This document shows, one piece after another, positions 20,001 through 26,599 of a stretch of DNA of 64,000 nucleotides (position 1 is its first letter; the number at the start of each line of letters is the position of its first letter). Source of the DNA: an uncultured Chitinophaga sp. (GTDB taxonomy: Bacteria > Bacteroidota > Bacteroidia > Bacteroidales > GCA-2748055); assembly GCA_964349045.1 (NCBI GenBank), contig CAYGFI010000002.1, positions 39,879-103,878 on the forward strand, in the 5' to 3' direction. The position numbers and the translations under genes were made by a program. Under the pieces are notes generated by a model. The model saw only the letters and a list, made by a program, of their open reading frames with translations, made no database searches and was not told where the DNA came from.

Positions 20001-23000
20001 GCTTAATCATAACCGGTATTGAATCACCGGAGGAAATATCGGCCGGGAATGTTGCACCTATTGAGAAGGGAGGCGTAATCCCACCAATACTATCGACATG
20101 CAAAGACAGATCTCCGGTATTTTTGATGTGCGTAATTAGCTCGCTATCAATATATTTAGAGGGGCGCAGCGAACCAAAATCTATAAACTCCGGCACAAAT
20201 TCTGAAATGCTTGATAAAACATAATTATAATAAACCAGCTGGCTTACTCCTCCGCTCTCACCTAAAGCCCTGATAGCAAATTTATAATCGCCTACTGCCA
20301 ATGTTGCAGTATAACTTGTTGCAAGAGAGTCTAATGTTACCCATACTGAGGTTGTATCAATCGTTCCTGACTGGTTATCATAATACAGTAAATAGTTTTT
20401 AGCTTTAATATTCTCCTGCCAGCTTATTTTTATTTTGCCGGGCATATCTTTTACAGCGATAAATCCCTTTACGGATTCAAGCGGAACGGGTGCTCCTTTA
20501 AAGGGATTGAAATCAACTTTCACCGAAGCTGCATCATCGTAAAAATCTCTTACGTGATTTTTAATTGTGTCGACAACTGTAGTTCCCCACCAGTTATATT
20601 CTGCATTAACAGTTTCTGAGGTCTGTTTGGTAACTTCAATATCATATTTCCTGTTATTAAAAACAGAATTGTAATTAATTGTTGAAATGTTATTGGCTAA
20701 TACCCCATTTAAGGTATTGTTTATTATTTCGTTATAACGAATCTGAGAATTACCATTATCAACAATACCATTGCCTTTATTGCTTAGGATCAGGTTGTTA
20801 TTTATGTTGCAATTTCCGTTTGCCACTATACCATCTGAAAAATTATTATAGACCTTATTATAGGAAATTGCAGAGGATGTAACTGCTTTTATTCCTACAC
20901 CCCGGTTATCCGATATCGTATTTGATTTAATGGTCCCGTTACGAAAAAACAAACCAGAACCATTTTGTTGGATAAAATTACTTTCAATAATGGTTGTTTG
21001 ATTTTCACAATTAGAATAAATAGCCCATCCGTTGTTTTCCCTGATAATGTTACCTTTTGCCGTAAGATTTACCCATTCCCAGGAGGATGGATAGCTAATT
21101 CCATTTCCCTGGTTATTTTCAACCAGGCTTTTATTTATTACAGCGGTTGAATAATTGGTAAAGCAAAAACCGTCTCCCGAATTATTTTTAAATATGGATG
21201 AAGTTGTATTGATGTTGCAATAACTATTTGCATTCAGACCAGTTGCCTTATTATCCCTTATTATGGAATAATTCAAATTAAGGATGGATGTGTTCTCCGC
21301 ATAAATCCCATTTGTAGTATTTTCGAATATCTCCGTATTATTGATGATAGCTTTCGTCCCGTTTAGTGAAATCCCAAGGTTACATTTGCTTATTTTCCCC
21401 TTATCGGCAATAATAACTGCGTTTTCCGCAAATATACCCTGTTGCGCATTTTCAATTGAAAAGTTATTTAATTGTCCCTTACTGTTTGCACGGAAATAGA
21501 TTCTTTCAAACCTGTTACTCCCGTTATTAGTAAATAAAACCGGTTCATCCTCAGTCCCTTTTACGATTAATTCCCCATCAACCAGTATCCGTTTCATTGA
21601 ATCGAGAACAACTGTTACACCTGCTTCAATTGTCAGAGTAACACCCTGGTCTACTCCCAGGTTTCCGCAATTGATGAAATAAGGGCTGTTGGCCTTTGTC
21701 CAGGTAGTATTCTGGGTGAGTACACCACATAATGTATTTGCCGCATAAGCAGTAACATTGTATTTCTGAACAGGAATATAGGGATTACTAATGGTAAGCT
21801 TAAGTGTATCGTTGTAAACACCAATGGAGGAAGGCGCAAAAGTAATTACCAGTTCAACTGTGTCTGCAGGGTCAATATCAAAGGCTGTCTGGTTCAGGCT
21901 AAAAACCGGATTATCCAATATAATATCAGTGATATGAAGAATATCACTTTTTAATGGATTTATAATTTGCAGCTTTTGCATCTTGGTCTCTCCGGGCTGA
22001 ATGGCTTTAAAAATAAAGGGATCAGGTGATACTGGAACATAATGGCTGGATGCAGTAAAGATGAAACTTCTTTCTGTTGCAAATGGGCTTCCCTTGTATG
22101 CATTATCAACAGTTTGCACACTCCAGAAATGTTCTCCCGGCTGGAGGTTGTTGATTTTCCATGTCTTATTCAGGTTGGTATTACCCATTCGTACTATCTG
22201 GCGGAGACCATCTGAAGCTGAGGCGGGTGAAAAGTCATCGCCGGATTCCGAAGCTGTTCCAATGCGCAGGTTATAGGTAAGACCAGCTTGTGGGGTTTCT
22301 GCATCAGATGATTTGTCCCAGCTAAACTGGACATAACTGTCGGTAATGGTTTCCGAAAGATTGTTGGGCGCCAATGGTGCAGTATTAGAAACAATACCAT
22401 CGTTTCTATACAGTTTTGTTATTTCTGAAGTACCTGTATGTCCTGATAAAATAACATCCAGATCACCATCATTATCGTAGTCCCCAAATTTTCCACAACT
22501 ATAATGAATACCTGTCAGACCGGCTTGTATATCTGTAAATACATTATTCCCATTATTACGGTAGATCCTGGAAATAATTTCACTTACCTCGCCAGGTTTA
22601 TAACCAGTTAAAAGGATATCCAGATCTCCGTCGTTGTCGAAATCTCCAAAGTCTGCATATCCATATCGTACATTGGGTAAGCTGGTTGAAATATCCGTAA
22701 ACAGGTTATTGCCATCATTTCGGCTCAGAAGTACACCACTATATCCCAGCAGTAGGACATCAAGGTCTCCATCGTTGTCATAATCACCCCAGGTGGCAGA
22801 GGAACAATCATAATAGGCTCCAAAATTTCTTATTGTACTGATACCTGCAGGCCCATTATTTTGAAAGATCCGGCTATTATCGCCAGATGTTAAAATATCC
22901 AAATCGCCATCATTATCATAATCACCCCAATTTACATCGCCCATATAATTATAACCAAAATCGTATTTTAAGGAGTACTGTCCATTCTTATACTCATAAA

Positions 23001-23604
23001 CTCTTGTCAGCCAACCGTAATAGGAATGGTGCCCGTTCAACAAAATATCCAGGTCGCCGTCATTGTCAAAATCTCCCCAGTCAACATCGCCCCAGCTATC
23101 ATTTGTTAAAATATTCAACCCAATATCTGTAAAGGTACCAATACCATCATTGCTGAAGATTTTCGTCGGGCTATTTCCTGTAATCAGGATATCCAGATCT
23201 CCATCGTTGTCATAATCGCCCCATGTACCATCTCCATAAGAAATTGAAGCCAGGTTGGCAATTTCAGTAAAAACTGCATTGCCGTCATTCCGGAATACCT
23301 TAGCCATTCCATTACCAGTGAGCAGTAAATCCAGATCGCCATCGCTGTCATAATCACCCCATTCGATTGATGGCACATATAATCCGGGCAAAGAAGTTGG
23401 CACTTCAGTAAACGTTTGTGCCTCAACCAACGAAAAATGAAGAAGGAAGAATAAAGAAACTAAAAGCCAGTTTATGCGACTTACGCCTATCCTGACCCGC
23501 CCATGCATTTCAATGTTTGTTTTGTAAATTTCTGTTGCTGGAATTTGGGCTGTTCTGGTAATTGTTATCTTTTTCATGTTACCCGGAATATATATTTGTT
23601 GCAA
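8059..23604 (-). CDS. Giant (5,181 aa) T9SS-sorted multidomain surface or secreted protein: FG-GAP propellers, 3x Ig/beta-helix/Fn3/LamG supermodule, Asp-box repeats, Cys-rich Ig-like repeats, Por C-terminal domain
   Basis: One uninterrupted ORF. Likely start ATG 23508 (MHGRVRIGVSRINWLLVSLFFLLHFSLVEAQ, signal peptide). Seven W/FGDYDNDGDLD FG-GAP/VCBS repeats. Three parallel beta-helix blocks, each ending NAE.N.WGTT...DYYDD. Three LamG_3-type domains (GL.A.YPF.GNA.DESG ... LDDIAIY.R.L). C-terminal ..LTVYPSPFTDFTTISYSL..VEIYNVVGEKI..GLYYLRI.. matches the T9SS type-A CTD. Confidence 0.9.
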   Translation of the reverse strand: MQQIYIPGNMKKITITRTAQIPATEIYKTNIEMHGRVRIGVSRINWLLVSLFFLLHFSLVEAQTFTEVPTSLPGLYVPSIEWGDYDSDGDLDLLLTGNGMAKVFRNDGNAVFTEIANLASISYGDGTWGDYDNDGDLDILITGNSPTKIFSNDGIGTFTDIGLNILTNDSWGDVDWGDFDNDGDLDILLNGHHSYYGWLTRVYEYKNGQYSLKYDFGYNYMGDVNWGDYDNDGDLDILTSGDNSRIFQNNGPAGISTIRNFGAYYDCSSATWGDYDNDGDLDVLLLGYSGVLLSRNDGNNLFTDISTSLPNVRYGYADFGDFDNDGDLDILLTGYKPGEVSEIISRIYRNNGNNVFTDIQAGLTGIHYSCGKFGDYDNDGDLDVILSGHTGTSEITKLYRNDGIVSNTAPLAPNNLSETITDSYVQFSWDKSSDAETPQAGLTYNLRIGTASESGDDFSPASASDGLRQIVRMGNTNLNKTWKINNLQPGEHFWSVQTVDNAYKGSPFATERSFIFTASSHYVPVSPDPFIFKAIQPGETKMQKLQIINPLKSDILHITDIILDNPVFSLNQTAFDIDPADTVELVITFAPSSIGVYNDTLKLTISNPYIPVQKYNVTAYAANTLCGVLTQNTTWTKANSPYFINCGNLGVDQGVTLTIEAGVTVVLDSMKRILVDGELIVKGTEDEPVLFTNNGSNRFERIYFRANSKGQLNNFSIENAQQGIFAENAVIIADKGKISKCNLGISLNGTKAIINNTEIFENTTNGIYAENTSILNLNYSIIRDNKATGLNANSYCNINTTSSIFKNNSGDGFCFTNYSTAVINKSLVENNQGNGISYPSSWEWVNLTAKGNIIRENNGWAIYSNCENQTTIIESNFIQQNGSGLFFRNGTIKSNTISDNRGVGIKAVTSSAISYNKVYNNFSDGIVANGNCNINNNLILSNKGNGIVDNGNSQIRYNEIINNTLNGVLANNISTINYNSVFNNRKYDIEVTKQTSETVNAEYNWWGTTVVDTIKNHVRDFYDDAASVKVDFNPFKGAPVPLESVKGFIAVKDMPGKIKISWQENIKAKNYLLYYDNQSGTIDTTSVWVTLDSLATSYTATLAVGDYKFAIRALGESGGVSQLVYYNYVLSSISEFVPEFIDFGSLRPSKYIDSELITHIKNTGDLSLHVDSIGGITPPFSIGATFPADISSGDSIPVMIKLERNYPLNTYALDARLYSNGSKLQSDTILKISAVIKGISAPANFKASYFKDSLKLTWNAVNESDLAGYKIYRNNAADPSSAMTLANLTNTDTSFSDNTIIPGLTYYYWVTAIDTADYESELSLQLQTISPPKIPNSGLIAFYPFNGNANDESNNGHIASVSGATLVSDRFGKPNSAYTFDGINDKIETDFHLGGYSTFSISVWVKPISFGSGLNRDMIISQDRDWCNGEPFYISFHRDRKFSASITEYCDNSKVITSGTNTVNFENWYHIVYTFDGSQSSLNCKLYINGFLADTASLKGNIYNYVNYNLVFGGKRGSENFNGLLDDIAIYSRVLNLTEITNIYGKPVSPTELNFGALAAGSNKTLKLKILNSESSDADYTINTLNVPFTVGQSSINIQANGSGTINLSFNPSALGFYTDTLYIERTDHSKPLIKVPVSGSSVTQLCGVITEDTTLTKAKSPYFINCVLTIDKGKTLAIEPGVTIQIDSMRKILVDGSLIANGTPEEPIRFISEGGDNFDRIFFRQSGASLLSNVIIEGAQKGIYGENTSLTITGGEITSCGQGIELNNCRANISDILISGNLNNGIYSYNGTTGSISNSNINNNIENGVLQGAFTMTGNTITNNRGWGIYIDENQGKAIDNCILNNNGSGLHASNSLINRNIVSSNTDQGINATGATIGENIISSNKGIGINAWSSRVQDNTINNNLGWGIRAVSSTLTNNKVRDNSLGGISGESLTLLLNFINHNAGNGLSLSASTIKQNEILQNAGNGISTSGYNIIENNKIAYNTGDGINEGSNCTIKFNDIYANGGDGIETATLPVINFNNIIGNKAFDLKATKQSNETVNAENNYWGTTSSSVIKQRVYDYYDDGATVKVDYDPYKNEPITLNVVQGFTANKISNGIIELNWTPVMKSSGYQLFYDNQSGIVDSLNIWVSLDSSKTSYQASLPKADFKFAIKALGANNNSSKLSYTQFKLSAILDLAPVLVDFGTLRPSKYSKPQLSAWIRNVGDKPLYIDSLAVIDHPYKYAYEVPDTIIDGDSAIIVFTLDRNSVQGSYKDNLNIFCNASNKVNTLNEGLVAYYPFQGNALDESGYGRNGNVSGAFLGNDRFGNPNSAYSFDGIDDYIKSFSNNLPTGERTISLWFNANKVSNMPGLIGYGGSSSCNSYLQIINSGQNGKFEVQSHCGANSLMHTYSQIPVNTWHHWLITTSQAGTVMYIDGAEVSRNSNFINNTFVTDRELSIGSAVSPYGSAPYTDASVGYFSGSLDEIRIYNRSISESEIQALYYSEASSISLIAKFDYIDPPSNFKANYYCDSMQFTWNASSEADLAGYKLYRNNSDDTSSLVPLFNLGKNVTAFTDHSFIPGQNYSYWISAIDTAGFESNLSNSVKTTANGLPTDGLLAWYPYNSNANDESGNNNNCTVSSATLAPDRFGVANNAFSFTGSSKIFSSISNVPQGNTPRSICFWTKPNSDGGTIINMGKNECSYKMFSIGRSGATAYFWGGCYDFPLGFTIPNNEWSHIALTYEGGNMVIFKNGSLVNTLQSVPFSTFFSDFIIGAFGNNANDTWNYYNGLIDDIALYNRALTPEEVTLLYQGTQHQKVNFSVVETNSSITKTFNLSNTANIPKSFKLYAPTAPYAIEQSSITVDASGNVPVNVTFHPTVLGVYRDTILVEAESHDEPIRVVALSGLSVTPVCGVYSEDFTLTKEYSPYYINCNMGVDSGATLTIEPGVMLILDSMRQVTIDGRLVANGTESEPILFTNAAFDPFGNIFFRSGSGEFSHFQIENADKGIWGDVSEVTLSRGKISNCRNAVEMNGGKLIIDSMTFIDNRENGVFANNNVTGNITNSLFTGNYYGVNSPGGNFTFENNILSENKSWAVILSSNSNKPVRNNIVTNNGAGMSVNTANLIENNIIELNKGEGLNAWNSFVSGNKVLRNSGRGMYANNCSVRDNVIEYNFSSGLFSDGGSIVERNSIRYNTGDGVIGGNITLSSNYIENNSGIGVSLTNSAISDNKIMKNGSIGIQSDNNTITSNLVASNGNDGIRENGNSQIMYNDIFDNMDDGIEAANLPVINFNNIYNNKKFNVKALRKSYETINAKENYWGTTLTSKISSKIWDYYDDGVTVKVTYSNWANEAILMRPVDNFRARTLEGGKVELVWNNHPKAYQYYLFYSNSDVAIDTTIAWVVLDSTKISYQTTLPDGEYLFGIKPVNYSLEQGIMATTDGTSDGTPPTLLSAYGETQDSTLLVTFSEEIDFFSAIDPAKWSLNNGLSVKKVYRAEDKDLIVGGNWGDLRVYLNNSIIKSIDLRVTNSMGIYNSGWLRPAFTDIDTDGDFDLFIGNDGNTVFFRNIGNALNPIWNQQSLKGFPLNCHQSFYPVDINNDSNVELINANNWCAASIISFSEELYQDQTLWKQSSFMGFCSGKASFTDIDNDKDFDLFIGDCGGNLYFYRNDGNSFEPKWSMVTSNYLTNLGTYSTPEFTDIDGDGDFDLFLGKENGSITYFRNDGTPEEALFSRVTDNFLDIYYYLSAPVFIDLDGDGSKQAVILQLDGPLPGTGTEISLSNTGMADNTGNIAGSQNITFYTDDGNKNPSVILGSIPGVVSKDVTVNYIISDAEKDIVKLKPSYSTDGGTTWHMASITGDTVNLDSTKYSGSVVWHSYADIPGVVLKNVRFRLTPRDGDLRYDGTPGVSNKLIVNNNIRPVVTIPLIVGEVKDDVTISYLINDNEADLCRIYAEYYNPVTKVWLGATITGDTTDIANGVHSIVWKAGIDLAGSARVTPFRITPYDADKGQSDTVDLVVDNIGISSVQITNMLPFETGGDVLFNYLVSDDEQDEIDLRAQYSTNKGLTWKTASVSGNLDSIVFADYAGSFTWNTNTDFNGIDVSDVLFRLTPNDGNDGIPAEWTFHIDNNGIPAVTLAEISGLKRGNIIISYNLTDPEGNSLRITMRYLKNNLWNPCTLEGKTTGILPANYSGSLVWNSLTDIPDADGTYTLIMIPADNDEGAIDTIDIEINNMSIINLGGSSAICQGQSHVYNAGWEYKSFLWSTGETSRSVELNTNGSYWVKAVDYNNKIHYSDTVTISVHPLPEPELGNDIFLCQGQQETLFAGTFNSYSWNTGYTGSTLAVGSTGNYTVTVTDEFGCQNSDTAYVFVQSPYEDEQICFVTANKQLNNNTIVWKRTPGKGTLLYKVYRESISGGYEMIGMQEYDDAGIFTDTLSFSDQLKYNYKLSLVDTCGHESGLSPAHGTIFLKVNKGSAGFDLTWTAYEGINLAKYEIYRGSDSINMVKVKDIAGSITSWSDNFVPQCVVYYKVKASIPSGCIDAGSPDYTGIESNIAGNGAVKPRPVIMGPVTFCDGESTMLDAGNFASYLWSNGKTTQSIEISTGGKFTVNVSNDFGCYATSDTFTISVTTSPQFNLGNDTTVCGNQLMTINGPAAFHSYLWENGSTQKDRSVSSTGLFRLTVTDKNGCQGSDEILVVYSNTPIITLNPIEYICGDEPAFLDPGEFVSYKWSNGSNSRIQKVATNQALEVTVYDVNSCSATKQVLVESRSSAKLDLGSDLTICQNDSVELSPRNSYISYLWSSGETTAKIVVHNAGNISLQATDIFKCRSTDTIAINTLPAPIAPNLGTTRTICYGDEIIIDAGSGYASYMWNNNMTTQSIAIDTSGIFSVTAYGVNGCGSKASLEVKATIPYSGQKICMVTVDESGKNMVIWEKPDMSSIEQYLIYRESTFAGVYEIIGVQSATQLTVFTDAASAPEEKSDRYRISVVDTCGNESPMSPPHKTMHLTINKGLNEELNLIWENYEGMLFGTYEIYRGPAADSLELLKTVQSSITSFTDNTVPEGIVYYQISLLNPDTCDPAGLLGKKASSGPFVHSLSNLEDNRIQGTNINNPLADAIQLTVYPSPFTDFTTISYSLEKPARMKVEIYNVVGEKIKIMLDENQSAGAYKLEMKATDVNYKPGLYYLRILVDDTVIMRKAMLTR
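8062..8322 (-). other. T9SS (Por secretion) C-terminal sorting domain of the giant protein
   Basis: aa ~5095-5181: AIQLTVYPSPFTDFTTISYSLEKPARMKVEIYNVVGEKIKIMLDENQSAGAYKLEMKATDVNYKPGLYYLRILVDDTVIMRKAMLTR. The same domain type ends the proteins at 41607..44681 (about 41610-41840) and 44730..46517 (about 44733-44969). Confidence 0.8.
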
Positions 23605-24044
23605 GTGAGTTTCCCTGATAAAATGGACTTGTTCTCGTGTTAAATGATCAGAAAAGTTTGTTGGTTCAGGTACTATCGATTTTTTTAAATTAACCGATTA
23701 AATTAATACTTAAAAAAAACTTAATCAAGTAATAATCCAGATTATTCTAAATAATAAATAAATAGCCATTTCACCCGGATAACCTGTTTTTCTTATGAAT
23801 ATCAACATTCCTATCATGTTTAATATGCTTTCATTCTACGTAAACATGTTTTATAATATAATTTTGCTGATCAGGATATGATCATACCGGACTTAATAGT
23901 TAATGTTCCAGGTATGTTTTTAGTGAATCACTTTGAAGGAAATCAATATTATTTGCTGCCGTTTTACTATACTTGTGAAAAATCATTGTTACAGACCGGG
24001 AATAATTTATTCAACCCGAATTAAAAACATGCTTATTCAAAAAG

Positions 24045-24052
24045 TAGTTTTG
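24045..24052 (+). promoter_or_regulatory. Candidate Bacteroidota -7 promoter box (TAnnTTTG) for the GH9 gene
   Basis: TAGTTTTG lies 25 nt upstream of ATG 24078. It sits in the loop and right arm of a perfect 10-bp A/T-rich inverted repeat: ttattcaaaa (24033-24042) / ttttgaataa (24048-24057). No clear -33 TTTG seen. Confidence 0.35.
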
Positions 24053-24077
24053 AATAAAATATTTTAACCTTATAACT

Positions 24078-26561
24078 ATGAAGACCCGTTATATTGGCAA
24101 TTCCGTATTTTTAATTATTTCGTTTTTTTCTTTTGAAATATGCGCTCAATCCCTCCTGATCAGCGATCAGGAATATTTCGAAAAACCCGGATTGAACATT
24201 ATGGTATTTTTTGATATTTATCCCGAAGGTCACCAGGGAGCTATTGGCATCATTCAGAACGGAACCCGGGTGGTCACCAACGGAGATTTGCGGCTGGAAC
24301 CCACACCGGGACAATGGCAACCCATCCCAAAGGTTGGAAAACGAGTGGTGGATAGGGCAAAAAATGAGATTAGTGTAGACTGTACCTATCCCGACTCGAA
24401 TATTAACCGAAAAGGATTTAACCCGGTTTTTTACCCTGACCTTTATTTTACATACAAGGTTAGGGTTATTGGTGATGGAAATAAATTCCACATTATTGTA
24501 GATCTCGACAAACCTCTCCCCGCAGAATGGGAAAAGAAAGTGGGATTTAATTTTGAATTGTTCCCCGGAATTCTGTTTGGTAAAAGCTGGTACCTGGATG
24601 GTGAATCAGGAATTTTCCCCCTGCAACCCAATGGTCCCATGGAGAAAGATGTTGACGGGAACTGGCAGGCTTTCCCGATGGCTGCAGGTCAGAGGCTTAC
24701 GGTAGCTCCTGAAAGTGATGCTCAGACAATGAGTATTGAAAGCAAGGGAGAGCCTCTCCAGCTTCTTGATGGACGGTTTTACCATAACAACGGCTGGTTT
24801 GTTGTCCGCTCACTGGTGACTCCCGGTAAAACTACGGGGGCCATAGAATGGCTGGTAGATTGCAATGTTATTGAGAATTTCAAATCCAAACCGGTGGTGC
24901 ATGTCAGCCAGGTTGGATATCACCCCGACCAGGAAAAAATTGCAGTTATCGAAGTTGATAAAAATGAAGTGAAAGTTGAAAAAGCAAGTTTATTAAGAAT
25001 CTCTGAGGATGGCGGATCGAAAGAGATCCGTTCCATTGAGCCTGTAGAATGGGGAAATTTTCTGAGATTTAAATATTACCGGTTTGATTTCTCGGATATC
25101 AAAACACCCGGAATGTATCAGGTTAAATATGCAGGAAACACAACCGAACCATTCAGAATCAGCAAAGATATTTACGACCGGAATGTCTGGCAACCCACCC
25201 TCGAATACTTTCTCCCGGTACAGATGTGCCACATGCGCATAAACGAAGGATACCGCGTATGGCACGGCCTCTGCCACATGGACGATGCCCTCATGGCTCC
25301 TGTTGACACCAATCATTTCGACGGATACAAACAGGGACCATCAACCCTCACCCGGTTCAAGCCCCTGGAACAGGTTCCCGGGTTGAACCGCGGTGGCTGG
25401 CATGATGCCGGAGATTACGATCTGCGTGTGGAATCACAGGCAGGCGAAGTATGGATTCTCTCCCAGGCATTTGAGCAATTTAATACAGAATGGGATCAGA
25501 CCACGATCGATCAGCATAAACTGCTGGTTGAAATTCATCTGCCTGATGGGAAAAACGACATCCTGCAGCAGGTGGAGCACGGTGTAATTACCATCCTGGC
25601 CGGTTACCAGAGTCTCGGGCGTCTTTACCGCGGGATCATTGAAAACAATTTAAGGCAGTATGTTCACCTTGGCGATGCAGCAACCATGACCGATGGTAGA
25701 AAAAATAATCCCAACCTGAAACAGGATGAAGTCACTTCCCACGAATCCGGTATCCACGATGACCGCTGGGTTTTTACTGAAGAAAATCCCGGACGGGAGC
25801 TGGAAGTGGCCAAAGCACTTGCAACAGGGGCAAGGGTTTTAAAGGGATTCAATGACACATTAGCTAATCAGTCAATACAAGCCGCAGAAGAATTGTATGC
25901 CCAGGTCAATCCCGATAAAAATCCCAGATTTACAGGTTCAAAGATAGGTGCAGCCGTTGAACTGCTGATAACAACGGGAAAGAAAGTTTACAGGGATGAT
26001 ATCCTGAAATACACTTCTCATGAATCCTTAAAAAGAAAGGAAACAATAGCATTTACAGGCAGAGTTCTGAAGCAGGTAAATGATCAAAGGTTCACCGAAT
26101 TGGTTATAACAGCAGCAATAAATTACAAAGCTGAAGTTGTTAATTTACAAAAGGAAAATCCCTTTGGTGTCCCATACCGGCCGCATATCTGGGGTGATGG
26201 CTGGAACATTCAGAGTTTTGGCGTAAACCAGTATTTTCTCCAAAAATATTATCCTGAAATCTTTGATTCGAAATATATGCTGAATGCTTTGAATTTTGTG
26301 TTGGGAAATCATCCGGGTGAAAACACATCTTCCTTTGTTTCCGGTGTTGGAGCGCGTTCTGTAACACAGGCTTATGGCATAAACCGTGCAGACCGTTCGT
26401 TTATCCCGGGAGGTTCAGTTTCGGGTACCGGAATTATCCGCCCGGATTTCCCGGAGTTAAAGGAATGGCCTTATTTCTGGCAGCAAACGGAATATGTTAT
26501 GGGTGGAGGGGCTACGAATTTTATGTTTCTGGTACTGGCGGCGCAGGCTGATCTGAAATAA
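24078..26561 (+). CDS. Glycoside hydrolase family 9 (endoglucanase-like) with N-terminal Ig-like domain
   Basis: 827 aa with a signal peptide. ..VVHVSQVGYHPDQEKIAVIE.. resembles the CelD_N Ig-like domain. ..NRGGWHDAGDYDLRVESQ.. resembles the GH9 DAGD motif. C-terminal ..FWQQTEYVMGGGATNF.. . Confidence 0.8.
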   Translation: MKTRYIGNSVFLIISFFSFEICAQSLLISDQEYFEKPGLNIMVFFDIYPEGHQGAIGIIQNGTRVVTNGDLRLEPTPGQWQPIPKVGKRVVDRAKNEISVDCTYPDSNINRKGFNPVFYPDLYFTYKVRVIGDGNKFHIIVDLDKPLPAEWEKKVGFNFELFPGILFGKSWYLDGESGIFPLQPNGPMEKDVDGNWQAFPMAAGQRLTVAPESDAQTMSIESKGEPLQLLDGRFYHNNGWFVVRSLVTPGKTTGAIEWLVDCNVIENFKSKPVVHVSQVGYHPDQEKIAVIEVDKNEVKVEKASLLRISEDGGSKEIRSIEPVEWGNFLRFKYYRFDFSDIKTPGMYQVKYAGNTTEPFRISKDIYDRNVWQPTLEYFLPVQMCHMRINEGYRVWHGLCHMDDALMAPVDTNHFDGYKQGPSTLTRFKPLEQVPGLNRGGWHDAGDYDLRVESQAGEVWILSQAFEQFNTEWDQTTIDQHKLLVEIHLPDGKNDILQQVEHGVITILAGYQSLGRLYRGIIENNLRQYVHLGDAATMTDGRKNNPNLKQDEVTSHESGIHDDRWVFTEENPGRELEVAKALATGARVLKGFNDTLANQSIQAAEELYAQVNPDKNPRFTGSKIGAAVELLITTGKKVYRDDILKYTSHESLKRKETIAFTGRVLKQVNDQRFTELVITAAINYKAEVVNLQKENPFGVPYRPHIWGDGWNIQSFGVNQYFLQKYYPEIFDSKYMLNALNFVLGNHPGENTSSFVSGVGARSVTQAYGINRADRSFIPGGSVSGTGIIRPDFPELKEWPYFWQQTEYVMGGGATNFMFLVLAAQADLK

Positions 26562-26599
26562 ATGACCAGAGGAAGTTAATAACATTCAGCAATTCATAT

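Noticed and set aside
8059-23604. Diversity-generating retroelement (DGR) or phase-variable target in the giant gene
   Set aside because: There is no reverse transcriptase. There is no template repeat matching a C-terminal variable region. I saw no long homopolymer or perfect microsatellite tracts in the ORF. The internal repeats are diverged at the protein level, so they are ancient.
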